64,000 nt of DNA from positions 224,001 through 288,000 of the forward strand of contig CAVPZX010000005.1 in the NCBI GenBank assembly GCA_963710375.1, written 5' to 3'. The notes under the pieces are model-generated. The model was given only the letters and a program-made list of their open reading frames with translations, was not told the origin of the DNA and did no database searches. This document shows, in pieces, positions 43,803 to 52,818 of the stretch. The DNA is from Nitrospirota bacterium. GTDB taxonomy: Bacteria; Nitrospirota; Thermodesulfovibrionia; Thermodesulfovibrionales; Dissulfurispiraceae. The stretch's first letter is position 1; each line of letters begins with the position of its first letter. The position numbers and the translations under genes were made by a program.

Positions 43803-44040
43803 GGACTGAGTGGAACAGCAAGGCAAGGACTGAGAGCAAAAGGAAGGACTGAGGACTGAGTGCAAAGGCAAGGAAAGGACTGAGGGCAAAAGCAAGGACT
43901 GAGGACTGAGTGGAACAGCAAGGAAAGGACTGAGGGCAAAAGGAAGGACTGAGGACTGAGTGGAACGGCAAGGCAAGGACTGAGAGCAAAAGGAAGGACT
44001 GAGGACTGAGGGCAAAGGCAAGGCAAGGACTGAGGGCAGA
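43795..44040 (+). repeat. Tandem array of five ~50-bp units built from GGACTGA heptamers
   Basis: GAGGACTGAG recurs at 43801, 43851, 43901, 43951 and 44001. Each unit holds a double and a single heptamer. Confidence 0.97.
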
Positions 44041-44085
44041 AAAAGGCTTGTTAGTATGCCGCAAAATAAACTATAGTCACAATTG

Positions 44086-44115
44086 TTGACACATTCAGTC
44101 CAGGATGGGTATGCT
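44086..44115 (+). promoter_or_regulatory. Putative sigma70 promoter of the antitoxin gene
   Basis: TTGACA (44086), 18-bp spacer, TATGCT (44110), then AGGAG RBS before ATG 44130. Confidence 0.5.
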
Positions 44116-44129
44116 GATTTCAGGAGAAC

Positions 44130-44399
44130 ATGATGAAGATAGCAACAGTAAAAGAGTTTAGGGACAAGGCAACAGCCTATTTCAAGGATGAAGAACCTGT
44201 CCTTGTTACAAGACATGGAAAGGTGACAGGCCTATACCTGCCGATAGAACATCCGGAGAGCTTTCCTGAAGAACTAAGGAAAGATCTGCTTATCCGTATA
44301 GGGGAATTAGTAAGCCGGTCACTGGAAAGAAAGGTCTTGACCGAGGAAAAGATCCTTGCAGACTTCGACTCCTATAAGAAAGCTCGCCGCAGACGCTAA
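44130..44399 (+). CDS. Phd/YefM-like antitoxin
   Basis: ATVKEFRDKA...EPVLVTRHGK N-terminal DNA-binding pattern, followed by a PIN remnant. Confidence 0.75.
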   Translation: MMKIATVKEFRDKATAYFKDEEPVLVTRHGKVTGLYLPIEHPESFPEELRKDLLIRIGELVSRSLERKVLTEEKILADFDSYKKARRRR

Positions 44400-44536
44400 T
44401 GTAATTCTGTCCGATTGAATTACTCGCTCTTGCCATGAAATTGAATGTCCCTGTCTGGACCAATGACAATGATTTTAAGCATTCCGGTATCGAAGTATTT
44501 ACCACTGCAAGATTATTAAAAGCCCTTAAGTTATAA
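44356..44536 (+). pseudogene. PIN-domain toxin remnant with internal deletion
   Basis: One frame gives KLAADANVILS then a stop at 44416-44418. Another gives LLALAMKLNVPVWTNDNDFKHSGIEVFTTARLLKALKL*. These are the two ends of a PIN domain with the middle absent. Confidence 0.72.
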
Positions 44537-44578
44537 AAAGACAGAGGAATAAAAGACCAGGACCAAGGAATATTCGAA

Positions 44579-45547
44579 TTGAGAAGAGTCTTTATATCTA
44601 CTACGTCTTTCGGCAAGGAAGAGGGCAGTCCACTTGAATTGCTTAGGAATGCAGGGCTGGAGATCCATTTGAACCCGTATGGAAGAAAATTGACCGAAGA
44701 TGAAGCGATGGAGCTTCTATCTGATATGGATTATCTCATAGCAGGCACAGAACCCCTAACTGCCAGGGTGCTGAATTCCGCAAAAAAACTTAAGGTGATT
44801 TCGCGCTGCGGCGTCGGGATGGATAACGTTGATATGGAAGCTGCTTCTCTGTTAGGCATAAAGGTATTCAATACTCCTTATGGCCCCACGCAGTCTGTTG
44901 CCGAACTGACTGTTGGGTTGATGCTTGACTTACTTCGCAGAGTTACGGCCATGGACCGTGACGTGAGGAGAGGGACATGGAAAAAACGTATGGGCAATTT
45001 GCTGAATGGCAAGAGAGTCGGAATCATCGGTTTCGGGAAAATAGGACAAAAAGTTGCGGGGCTGCTCATGCCTTTCGGGGTCGAACTGTCTTATTGCGAT
45101 ATATGCGCCTGCGACTGCTCGCTGCCTGCCTCAGCGATGGCGATGGATGAGCTGCTTCCATGGGCTGACATTGTTACGCTCCACTGTTCCGCTCCTCAAT
45201 CATGTGGGGCTTTAATTAGGGCTGAGGAGTTGTCCAAGATGAAAAAAGGATCGTGGTTGGTGAATGCCTCCAGGGGGGGCTTGATTGATGAACAGGCCTT
45301 GTATAATGCTTTGAAAGATGGACATCTTGCAGGAGCAGCCCTCGATGTTTTTGACAAGGAGCCATACAGCGGACCACTTGCCGGGTTGGACAATGTCATT
45401 CTTACGCCGCATATCGGGTCGTATGCAAAAGAAGGGCGTATCGAAATGGAAATTCAGGCAGCGGAGAACCTCTTAAAAGGACTGAGTGAGAAAACAAGGA
45501 CTGAGGGTAAAACAAGGACTGAGTTAAAAGACAAGGACCAGGACTGA
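44579..45547 (+). CDS. D-isomer-specific 2-hydroxyacid dehydrogenase (phosphoglycerate dehydrogenase-like)
   Basis: SRCGVGMDNVD, GIIGFGKIG, VNASRGG, LDVFDKEP and LTPHIGS. The C-terminal tail is encoded by the repeat. Confidence 0.9.
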   Translation: MRRVFISTTSFGKEEGSPLELLRNAGLEIHLNPYGRKLTEDEAMELLSDMDYLIAGTEPLTARVLNSAKKLKVISRCGVGMDNVDMEAASLLGIKVFNTPYGPTQSVAELTVGLMLDLLRRVTAMDRDVRRGTWKKRMGNLLNGKRVGIIGFGKIGQKVAGLLMPFGVELSYCDICACDCSLPASAMAMDELLPWADIVTLHCSAPQSCGALIRAEELSKMKKGSWLVNASRGGLIDEQALYNALKDGHLAGAALDVFDKEPYSGPLAGLDNVILTPHIGSYAKEGRIEMEIQAAENLLKGLSEKTRTEGKTRTELKDKDQD

Positions 45548-45632
45548 GGACTGAGTGGAAAGGTAAAACAAGGACTGAGTTAAAAGACAAGGACCAGGAC
45601 TGAGGACTGAGTGGAAAGGCAAGGACTGAGGG
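45477..45632 (+). repeat. Forward GGACTGA array upstream of four-helix-bundle gene A
   Basis: Multiple AAGGACTGAG units. A 41-bp block is repeated at 45515-45555 and 45571-45611. Confidence 0.95.
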
Positions 45633-46040
45633 ATGAGTAAAATTGAAAGGTTTGAGGATTTGATTGCCTGGCAGAAGGCAAGGGTTTTGGTAAAAGAAAT
45701 ATACCGGATTACAAAGAACCAGTATTTTTCGAAGGATTTTGCTCTTTCTGGACAGATTCAACGTGCTGCAGTATCTGTTATGTCAAACATAGCAGAGGGT
45801 TTTGAGAGGGGTGGGCGAGCAGAGTTTCACCAATTTTTAGTTATAGCTAAGGCCTCTTGTGCTGAAGTTCGTTCGCTTTTGTATGTCGCTTTAGATATCA
45901 GATATATTACAGAAGATGAATTTAACACATTCAATAATTTAGTCGTGGAGACCGGTAGAATTATTGGAGGCATACGTGTTGCAGTGCAGAAACAAAAAGA
46001 TGGAGCTAAAACAAGGACTGAAGGTAAAGGCAAGGACTGA
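45633..46040 (+). CDS. Four-helix-bundle protein A (23S rRNA IVS protein/Avd-like family)
   Basis: [29 protein letters not shown] and FLVIAKASCAEV family signature. Confidence 0.92.
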   Translation: MSKIERFEDLIAWQKARVLVKEIYRITKNQYFSKDFALSGQIQRAAVSVMSNIAEGFERGGRAEFHQFLVIAKASCAEVRSLLYVALDIRYITEDEFNTFNNLVVETGRIIGGIRVAVQKQKDGAKTRTEGKGKD

Positions 46041-46230
46041 GGGTAAAACAAGGACTGAGGACTGAGGTAAAGGCAAGGACTGAGTGGAACAACAAGGACT
46101 GAGGACTGAGCGAAAAGAGCGAAAGAATCAGGACTGAGTGAAAAGACAAGGACTGAGGACTGAGGTAAAGGCAAGGACTGAGGGTAAAACAAGGACTGAG
46201 GACTGAGTGGAAAGGACTGAGAGACAAGGA
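46008..46230 (+). repeat. Forward GGACTGA array overlapping and following gene A
   Basis: Many CAAGGACTGAG(GACTGAG) units separated by short A/G-rich linkers. Confidence 0.95.
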
Positions 46231-46269
46231 TTACAGCGCATGTTTATTGTTACTTTGACTTTATTCTTG

Positions 46270-46516
46270 TTTTTTAAACTCAGTTCTCAGTCCTGGTCTT
46301 GTCCTTTAACTCAGTCCTATATTTTAAGAGTTTTTACGCTCAGTCCTCAGTCCTGGTCTTGTCTTTTAACTCAGTCCTATTTTTTAAGAGTTTTTAAACT
46401 CAGTTCTCAGTCCTGGTCTTGTCTTTTAACTCAGTCCTATTTTTTAAGAGTTTTTTACTCAGTCCTCAGTCCTCAGTCCTTGTTTTTATTAGTTTTAACT
46501 CAGTCCTTGGTTTTTT
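46270..46516 (-). repeat. Inverted (TCAGTCC) array with 60-bp periodicity
   Basis: CTCAGT(C/T)CTCAGTCCTGGTCTTGTC(C/T)TTTAACTCAGTCCTAT at 46279, 46339 and 46399, plus further heptamers up to the next ATG. Confidence 0.96.
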
Positions 46517-47170
46517 ATGATTAAAGCGACTATATTCGACTTTGACGGCGTGATTCTCGAATCTGCGGGTATCAAAACGAAGGCCTTTGAAAGGCTTTTT
46601 GCCGGTGATTATCCTGATAAGGCAGAAGAAATCCTGGCTTACCATATTCGCAATGCCGGCATATCCAGGTATGTCAAATTCGATTATATATATGAGCATA
46701 TCCTTAAACAACCGCTTATGCCTGAAGAAAAAGAAGAACTTGGGAAGAAATTCTCCGATATAGTATTTGACGAAATCCTGCATACGCCTTTCGTAGCCGG
46801 TGCGGTGGAGCTGTTAGAGGGAAGCAGGAACGACTTGCTGTTCTTCATCGCTTCCGGCACTCCTGAAGAAGAGCTTCACCGCATACTAAGCCTTCGGCGC
46901 ATTGCTCATCTGTTTCGCGAGGCGCACGGTTCGCCTAAAAAAAAGCACGAGATCATACTCGATATAATGCATAGGTACGCGCTGCAGAAAGAGGAAGTTG
47001 TGTTCGTGGGCGATGCCGAAAGTGACATGAAAGCCTCAGAGCAGGCCGGTGTTGCCTTTATTGCACGGATGACTGCCGAGAATCTGGAGCAGATACAGCA
47101 TTGTCGGTGGAAAATCCCGGACCTCTCCGCACTGGAAACCGTTCTGCACGATATCGGGCGACTCAGGTGA
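46517..47170 (+). CDS. HAD-family hydrolase
   Basis: IFDFDGVILES, IASGTP, GSPKKK and FVGDAESD motifs. Confidence 0.9.
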   Translation: MIKATIFDFDGVILESAGIKTKAFERLFAGDYPDKAEEILAYHIRNAGISRYVKFDYIYEHILKQPLMPEEKEELGKKFSDIVFDEILHTPFVAGAVELLEGSRNDLLFFIASGTPEEELHRILSLRRIAHLFREAHGSPKKKHEIILDIMHRYALQKEEVVFVGDAESDMKASEQAGVAFIARMTAENLEQIQHCRWKIPDLSALETVLHDIGRLR

Positions 47171-47196
47171 AAAAATAAATAGGCTAAAGAGCTTGT

Positions 47197-47637
47197 ATGG
47201 ATAAGATAAAGATTGACGGCATTCTTCTTACTCCTTTAAAAATCATACCGCATCCCCAAGGCGACATTTTTCACATGATGAAAAAAAGCGACGCAGGATT
47301 TTGCGGATTTGGTGAGGCATATTTTACTACCGTAAAATTTGGGGAGATCAAAGCATGGAGGAAACATTCGAGGATGACCCTTAACCTGGCAGTGCCTGCC
47401 GGAGAAGTTAAGTTTGTGATGTTTGACGACAGAAAGGGGAGTAAAACAAAGGGGTCGTTTTTTGAAGTGATATTGTCTCCCCTGAATTATAAAAGACTGA
47501 CCATTCCTCCCGGCATCTGGACCGGGTTCAAAGGTTTGAGTGACGGGCTGAACCTTGTCCTGGATGTCGCCGACCTGGAACATGACCCTTCAGAAACAGA
47601 AAGAGCGGACATTGGCAAGTTTGCTTATGGGTGGTAG
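47197..47637 (+). CDS. RmlC-like cupin (sugar 3,5-epimerase family)
   Basis: GFGEAYF, IKAWRKH and RLTIPPGIWTGF motifs. Confidence 0.82.
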   Translation: MDKIKIDGILLTPLKIIPHPQGDIFHMMKKSDAGFCGFGEAYFTTVKFGEIKAWRKHSRMTLNLAVPAGEVKFVMFDDRKGSKTKGSFFEVILSPLNYKRLTIPPGIWTGFKGLSDGLNLVLDVADLEHDPSETERADIGKFAYGW

Positions 47638-47643
47638 TCAAGT

Positions 47644-48585
47644 TTGAAAATTCTGATAACAGGCGGGTTGGGTTATCTGGGATCATGGCTAACCGATTTC
47701 TTTTGCAGGCATGACCATGAAGTTCATGTTTTATCAAGTTCGGACAATAAGCACATCAAGGATATAAACTACCATTTTATTAATGCTGACATAACTGCTG
47801 CGAACGAATTGGCTGCGAAATTAAGAACGAATTTTGATTGCTGCATACACGCGGCAAGCCTCAATGATTCTTTTGTGAAAGATTATCCTCAAAGGGCACT
47901 AAATGTAAATGCTTTGGGTACAAGAAATGTTCTGGCGGTTCTTGCTGATAAGGGCATAGGAAAATTTGTATATTTAAGCACATTTCATGTATATGGGAAG
48001 GACAATAGTAACATTAATGAGAACTCTCCTTTAAATCCGTCTAATGATTATGGATCAACGCATTTGTTCGGCGAGTATTATGTCAAACAGTTCTGGAACA
48101 CGCATCGCGTTCCTTTTACGATATTAAGGCCTACAAACGGCTATGGCGCCCCCAGGCAACCAGATTCTACTAAGTGGTACCTGGTAATAAACGACCTCGC
48201 AAGGTCCGCATACGAAAGAGGCGAGATAATATTAAGTTCCAACGGCCAGGCAAGCAGGGACTTTATCTGGCTTGGAGACGTTTGCAATATTATAAATAAT
48301 ATTTTACAGACGGATAAGACATGCGGGGAAGTGTTCAATGTTTCCTCCGGGAAAATTTACAGGATTATGGATATTGCCAATATAGTGAAAAATGTTTATG
48401 AAAGGAGATATGGCAGGGCTATTGAGATACGTGTCAGAAAAGACGACAAGACTGTGTATGGAGCCGATCTGCATATCAGCAACACTAAGCTCAGGTCTTA
48501 TATAGATTTCGAAATACACGAAAGAATTCCTGAAGAAGTGGAAAATATTTTTACCCTTCTGGAGGAGTCTGCTTTAAAATTATGA
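47644..48585 (+). CDS. NAD-dependent epimerase/dehydratase/reductase
   Basis: ITGGLGYLGS, STFHVYG and RDFI. YGSTH replaces the usual YxxxK. Confidence 0.85.
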   Translation: MKILITGGLGYLGSWLTDFFCRHDHEVHVLSSSDNKHIKDINYHFINADITAANELAAKLRTNFDCCIHAASLNDSFVKDYPQRALNVNALGTRNVLAVLADKGIGKFVYLSTFHVYGKDNSNINENSPLNPSNDYGSTHLFGEYYVKQFWNTHRVPFTILRPTNGYGAPRQPDSTKWYLVINDLARSAYERGEIILSSNGQASRDFIWLGDVCNIINNILQTDKTCGEVFNVSSGKIYRIMDIANIVKNVYERRYGRAIEIRVRKDDKTVYGADLHISNTKLRSYIDFEIHERIPEEVENIFTLLEESALKL

Positions 48586-49406
48586 GGCCTCTTGTTTCAA
48601 TCGTTACTCCCATGTTCAATGCCGAACCTTTCATAGCGGAAACCATCGAATCTGTATTGGCCCAGACTTATGAGAATTGGGAAATGCTTGTTGTCGATAA
48701 TTGTTCAACCGACAGAAGCAGGGAAGTTGTCCTCGATTATGCGAACAGGGATACACGGATCAGGCTGGTCGAACTCGATTTCAATTCAGGTGGGCCTGCC
48801 CGGCCAAGGAATATCGGCATACGGCACGCACTTGGCGACTATCTTGCCTTTTTGGATGCCGATGATATCTGGAAGCCGGAAAAACTTGAACGCCAGGTGC
48901 GCCATATGCTCGGGCATCCTGAGGTCGGGCTTTTATATTCGCCATGTCTCCCCACGCTGGGAGGAAAAATTAAGAAACAAAGTCCCAGGCGCTGGGCAAT
49001 GAAAGCCGGCCATATTTTTGAGGCGCTCTTTCTGTCAGATAATTTTATTGTATGTTCAAGTGTTCTGCTAAGGAAAGGATCCGCTATACCGCTCGAATTT
49101 GATGAGGATAGCCGAATGGTCACAGTTGAGGACTTCGACCTTTGGCTGCGAATCTCCCAGGTTGCGGTCATCGATTTCATTGCCGAACCTCTGGTTATCT
49201 ACCGGTTGCATGAGCGAAATCTCAGTTACGGAGTGACGCAGTATGGTCGCCGGATTCTGTATATGGTTGGAAAGTGGAGAGTTCGCACTTATCCGGCACT
49301 CATTTTTGCAAAGTATGGGCGGCTGATTGTAACGGTCTCCGTGATGTGCCTTATCTTTTTGATGGAAAAGGTAAGGGGGTTGATCCATAGTCGGCGTGCC
49401 TATTGA
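48582..49406 (+). CDS. Glycosyltransferase family 2
   Basis: VSIVTPMFN, VDNCSTD, FLDADD and EDFDLWLR motifs. Confidence 0.92.
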   Translation: MRPLVSIVTPMFNAEPFIAETIESVLAQTYENWEMLVVDNCSTDRSREVVLDYANRDTRIRLVELDFNSGGPARPRNIGIRHALGDYLAFLDADDIWKPEKLERQVRHMLGHPEVGLLYSPCLPTLGGKIKKQSPRRWAMKAGHIFEALFLSDNFIVCSSVLLRKGSAIPLEFDEDSRMVTVEDFDLWLRISQVAVIDFIAEPLVIYRLHERNLSYGVTQYGRRILYMVGKWRVRTYPALIFAKYGRLIVTVSVMCLIFLMEKVRGLIHSRRAY

Positions 49407-49421
49407 CCTCCGGTTCAGAAT

Positions 49422-50624
49422 ATGAAACATGACGCTAAAGAGCTAAAGCCCAGAGTGTGCGTAGTATCGCCCCTTTATCATCCATCTCTGGGAGGCCTGG
49501 GAAGGCAAGGGCAACGTCTAACCGAAGAACTGGCGGAAGATGGCGTGAGTATTTTCGTGATAGCGCGAAGGATGAAAGGCATGCCACGCGCTGAATTCAG
49601 CCCGAAAGTGAAAGTCTACCGGGCGTGGTCCCTTAAGCCTTATCTCCACACCTTTGAGGACATCACGCTTACGAACGTTCTTGTTTCCCTCTCCTTTTGC
49701 ATAAGCTGCGCAATATTGCTCATCCGCAAAAGGAAAGAGTATGATATCGTTCATTTCCACGGCGCAAGTCTCCCGCTTGTTTTTAATGTGCCGCTTCTGA
49801 AGTGTATCGGCAAAAAAATCATCGCTCTGGTAGTCAGCAGCGGCTTTGGCACAGAAGCGGGGTCTCTTCGAGGGAAACATTTCGGGCTGGGCAACCTGCT
49901 AATCAAAATACTCAGGGCTGTGGACATCTTTGTTGCTATGACCACGGAAATCGAGAACGGCCTGTTATCAGATGGGTTTTCTGGAGCCAGGATCGTAAGA
50001 ATCCCCAACTTTATCGATTTTAATGCTTTTTCGCCTGTCAGTCCGGAGATAAAAAGAAAAATGCGTACAGCAGCGAATATGGAGAGTGCAATTATAGTGG
50101 TATTTACCGGCAGGCTTATCAAGTGCAAGGGAGTGGATGTGCTTCTCGAAGCCTGGACTGATGTTGCAAAACGCCATAGCGATGTGCGCTTGTTTATAGT
50201 TGGAGATGGTCTCATGAAGACGGAGTTGAGTGAGCTGGCAGCACAATACGGCATACTGCAGTCAGTTGTATTTGTCGGCTTTTCCACCGCGGTCAAAGAT
50301 TTTCTTAATATGGCTGATATCTTTGTGTTTCCCTCTCTGCACGAGGGCATGCCCAACTCGCTTCTGGAAGCAATGGCATGCAGGCTCCCGGTTGTGGCGA
50401 CGAACATAGGCGGTGTCACTGATTTTGTAAAAGATGGAGAGAACGGCTTGCTTGCAGAGCCTGGAGATTCTGTCGGCCTTGCCAGGGGGATAGACAGACT
50501 TATTGAAAATCAAGAACTTTCGGAACATATTGCAAATAATGGATACGAGACGATAAGAAAAAGCTACAGCCTCGACTGCATTGCTCAGCGATATGCCGAT
50601 TTATACAATAGTATGGCCATATGA
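49422..50624 (+). CDS. Glycosyltransferase family 4
   Basis: GRLIKCKG and PSLHEGMPNSLLEAMA motifs. Confidence 0.92.
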   Translation: MKHDAKELKPRVCVVSPLYHPSLGGLGRQGQRLTEELAEDGVSIFVIARRMKGMPRAEFSPKVKVYRAWSLKPYLHTFEDITLTNVLVSLSFCISCAILLIRKRKEYDIVHFHGASLPLVFNVPLLKCIGKKIIALVVSSGFGTEAGSLRGKHFGLGNLLIKILRAVDIFVAMTTEIENGLLSDGFSGARIVRIPNFIDFNAFSPVSPEIKRKMRTAANMESAIIVVFTGRLIKCKGVDVLLEAWTDVAKRHSDVRLFIVGDGLMKTELSELAAQYGILQSVVFVGFSTAVKDFLNMADIFVFPSLHEGMPNSLLEAMACRLPVVATNIGGVTDFVKDGENGLLAEPGDSVGLARGIDRLIENQELSEHIANNGYETIRKSYSLDCIAQRYADLYNSMAI

Positions 50625-52109
50625 ATTTTAGTTCTAAACCCATGAACGTTAAATTCCCGCTTACCCCAATTATGACTGACAGGCGTTTCTTATTGCTCGT
50701 TCTCTGTGCTGCGGGCTTTCTTGTGTTGTTCTGGTCCCAGACGCTTAACGTCCCTTACTGGCAAGACGATTATAACTTCCTGCTCGATGCCCGTGAGGCC
50801 CGACTGGCGCACAAACCCTGGTATTCGTCTTTCTTCCCGGAAACAAAAGTCGGGTTCTGGCGGCCCTTAGGCTTTGGGACCTACTGGCGTTTTGTCGAAA
50901 CTGTTCTGGGAGGCAACGCGCAAGCGGCTCATGTCACCAATATAGTGCTGCTTATTTTCTCTGCTGCTGCTGTCGGATGGTTTGTCAGCACCCTGCTTGA
51001 CCGGCTGTATCCCGGGAAGGACAGCGTAACTGCCGGGTTAGGAGTCGCATTTCTCTACGGCATTCACTCTTCGCATTTTCTTCCGGTAGCATGGGCTGCG
51101 GCGGCAAACGATTCCATTTGTGTGCTATTTTCAGCACTGACACTGCGATTCTGGATTGTGGTTTCAGCGTGCAAACAGCCGAAGAGATGTGCTTGCTGCG
51201 CCGCTCGTTGTCATATTTTTTGTTATGGCGCTGCTAAGCAGGGACATTGCCTTTGTTTTGCCTGCTCTTGGTCTGCTGATATCGCTCTGGCTGACATCGC
51301 AGTACAAGCCTAAGGTAACTGCATGGGTAGTGGGGCTGTTGTGTATCGTAATCGCGCTGGTCTGGCTGCAACTCCGGAATTATTTCACGTCAACTGTTTC
51401 TGAAGCCTATATCTTCCGGTTTGGAGTCAACATAATCAGGAACACCTTCTGTATGGTTCTTTTTTTCTTTAATACGCCCTTTGAAGCCCTTCGTTATTTC
51501 TTTTATGTCAAGGCATCTTTTGGTACGGCATTATGGGGATGCTCATGCTTTGTGCTGCAAGTTGGGGCATTCGGAATGATGCTGCGCGGTGCTCGTGAAC
51601 AATTGGGCAAGAAAGGTATTATCATACTTGGTGCTTTCTTTGTTATTGGTTGTGCCCCCTTTTTTTTATTGAACGTCAATTGTTATCCCTATTACATATC
51701 CATAGGATTATTTGTATATGCAATTATTGCAGGGCTGGCCGCATTACGGGGAAGATTGGTTCCGGCAGTCTTATTTTTTGCGGTACTTTCTTCAACAATT
51801 TCTACACTCGGGAACTACTTTCTCGATTCTACGTCCCACATCGGACGGGCAGTCTGGGCCGAAAGACAGCTGGTGAGACTAGAAGCTATGCGGGATGTGC
51901 AGCCCCGGCTTTTTTCAAGGCCGATTCCCGTACTTGTTGAAGATGATCACAAGTTCCAGGGTTTTACGTCTGCCGGTCTTGCTTACCGGCTGGGCTTGGA
52001 GGTCGATTCAATTAAAGTGCTCACCCAGGGCAGTCAGGAAGAAGGCAAAGGGGCCGTACTCGTGGTGCCGAAACAAGGGGATGTTTATTTCCGGAAAACA
52101 GGTGAGTAA
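50621..52109 (+). pseudogene. Polytopic membrane protein (GT-C-like) split by a frameshift near 51170
   Basis: QDDY and FWRPL luminal motifs with TM segments in ORF1. The hydrophobic continuation is in ORF 51156-52109. Confidence 0.65.
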
Positions 52110-52150
52110 TTGTTATCGCATGAAAAAATGGGCAGAATGAGGGGATTATT

Positions 52151-52774
52151 ATGGGAACGTTTTGGAATGTGAGCAGTATAAAAGGGACTACCATAAATTT
52201 TATCGACACTCCTGTCATTGGAACAGCTTCATTTCTGATTCCTCTATATATCTTCCTGTTTGCTATCGCAGCAGTTATGTTCTTGATGATGAGTCGGAAC
52301 CACCTGCAAGTTAAAAGGCATGCAGTTGTGAGAGCTTTGCTTTTGGCCTTTGTCACAGCAGCCGTGTTGTTTGCGGCAAGAATGGATTATGGGTGGTATA
52401 AGATGTGGCAGCTTGACAGTAAGAATCCGCAGGGAAGCCTTGATGAAAGTATTGCTATGGATCTGCGGACAGTAAACTCATTTGTAGAGGCATTCAAGAA
52501 AGCAGTGCCTTTGTCCGAAAAAGTCGCAATTATTACAGACGATTCTTACGACAGGATGGTGCTGAAATACTACCTGCTGCCGATAAGAATTTCGGAGGAT
52601 GCAAATGATATTATTGTTTTCAGCAACAGGCATGTGGTTTTTGATACAGGACGTAATGCGCTTCTCGAAGATGGAAATGTCGTAGAGAATAACGTCAGCC
52701 TTGTTGCATCTTATGAAGGAAAGTTTTTTATATTCAGGAAAAAGGACAAGGACAAAAACAGGACTGAGGACTGA
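52151..52774 (+). CDS. Hypothetical membrane protein
   Basis: Two TM segments and a YYLLP motif. The C-terminus and stop come from the GGACTGA repeat. Confidence 0.65.
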   Translation: MGTFWNVSSIKGTTINFIDTPVIGTASFLIPLYIFLFAIAAVMFLMMSRNHLQVKRHAVVRALLLAFVTAAVLFAARMDYGWYKMWQLDSKNPQGSLDESIAMDLRTVNSFVEAFKKAVPLSEKVAIITDDSYDRMVLKYYLLPIRISEDANDIIVFSNRHVVFDTGRNALLEDGNVVENNVSLVASYEGKFFIFRKKDKDKNRTED

Positions 52775-52818
52775 GTGGGAAGGACTGAGGAATAAAAACG
52801 AGGACTGAGGACTGAGTG
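52742..52818 (+). repeat. Short forward GGACTGA array forming a gene junction
   Basis: Five GGACTGAG units spanning the stop at 52774 and the GTG start at 52816. Confidence 0.93.

Noticed and set aside
43795..44040. CRISPR array
   Set aside because: The intervening segments are short, near-identical purine-rich linkers rather than unique 25-45 bp spacers, and no cas genes are in the window.
43729..44216. Minus-strand ORFs rich in SVLSPQS (also 45402-46227 and 54058-54417) and plus-strand ORF 46207-46524
   Set aside because: They are artefacts of the stop-free TCAGTCC repeat strand, low in complexity and open in several frames.
44579..45547. Housekeeping serA (and ilvB for 58307-60133, kdsB for 35996-36763)
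   Set aside because: There is no ACT domain or partner pathway gene, and the genes are embedded in a glycan locus, so symbols were withheld.
45633..46040. 23S rRNA gene with intervening sequence
   Set aside because: The flanks are protein-coding genes and repeats, with no rRNA-like sequence.
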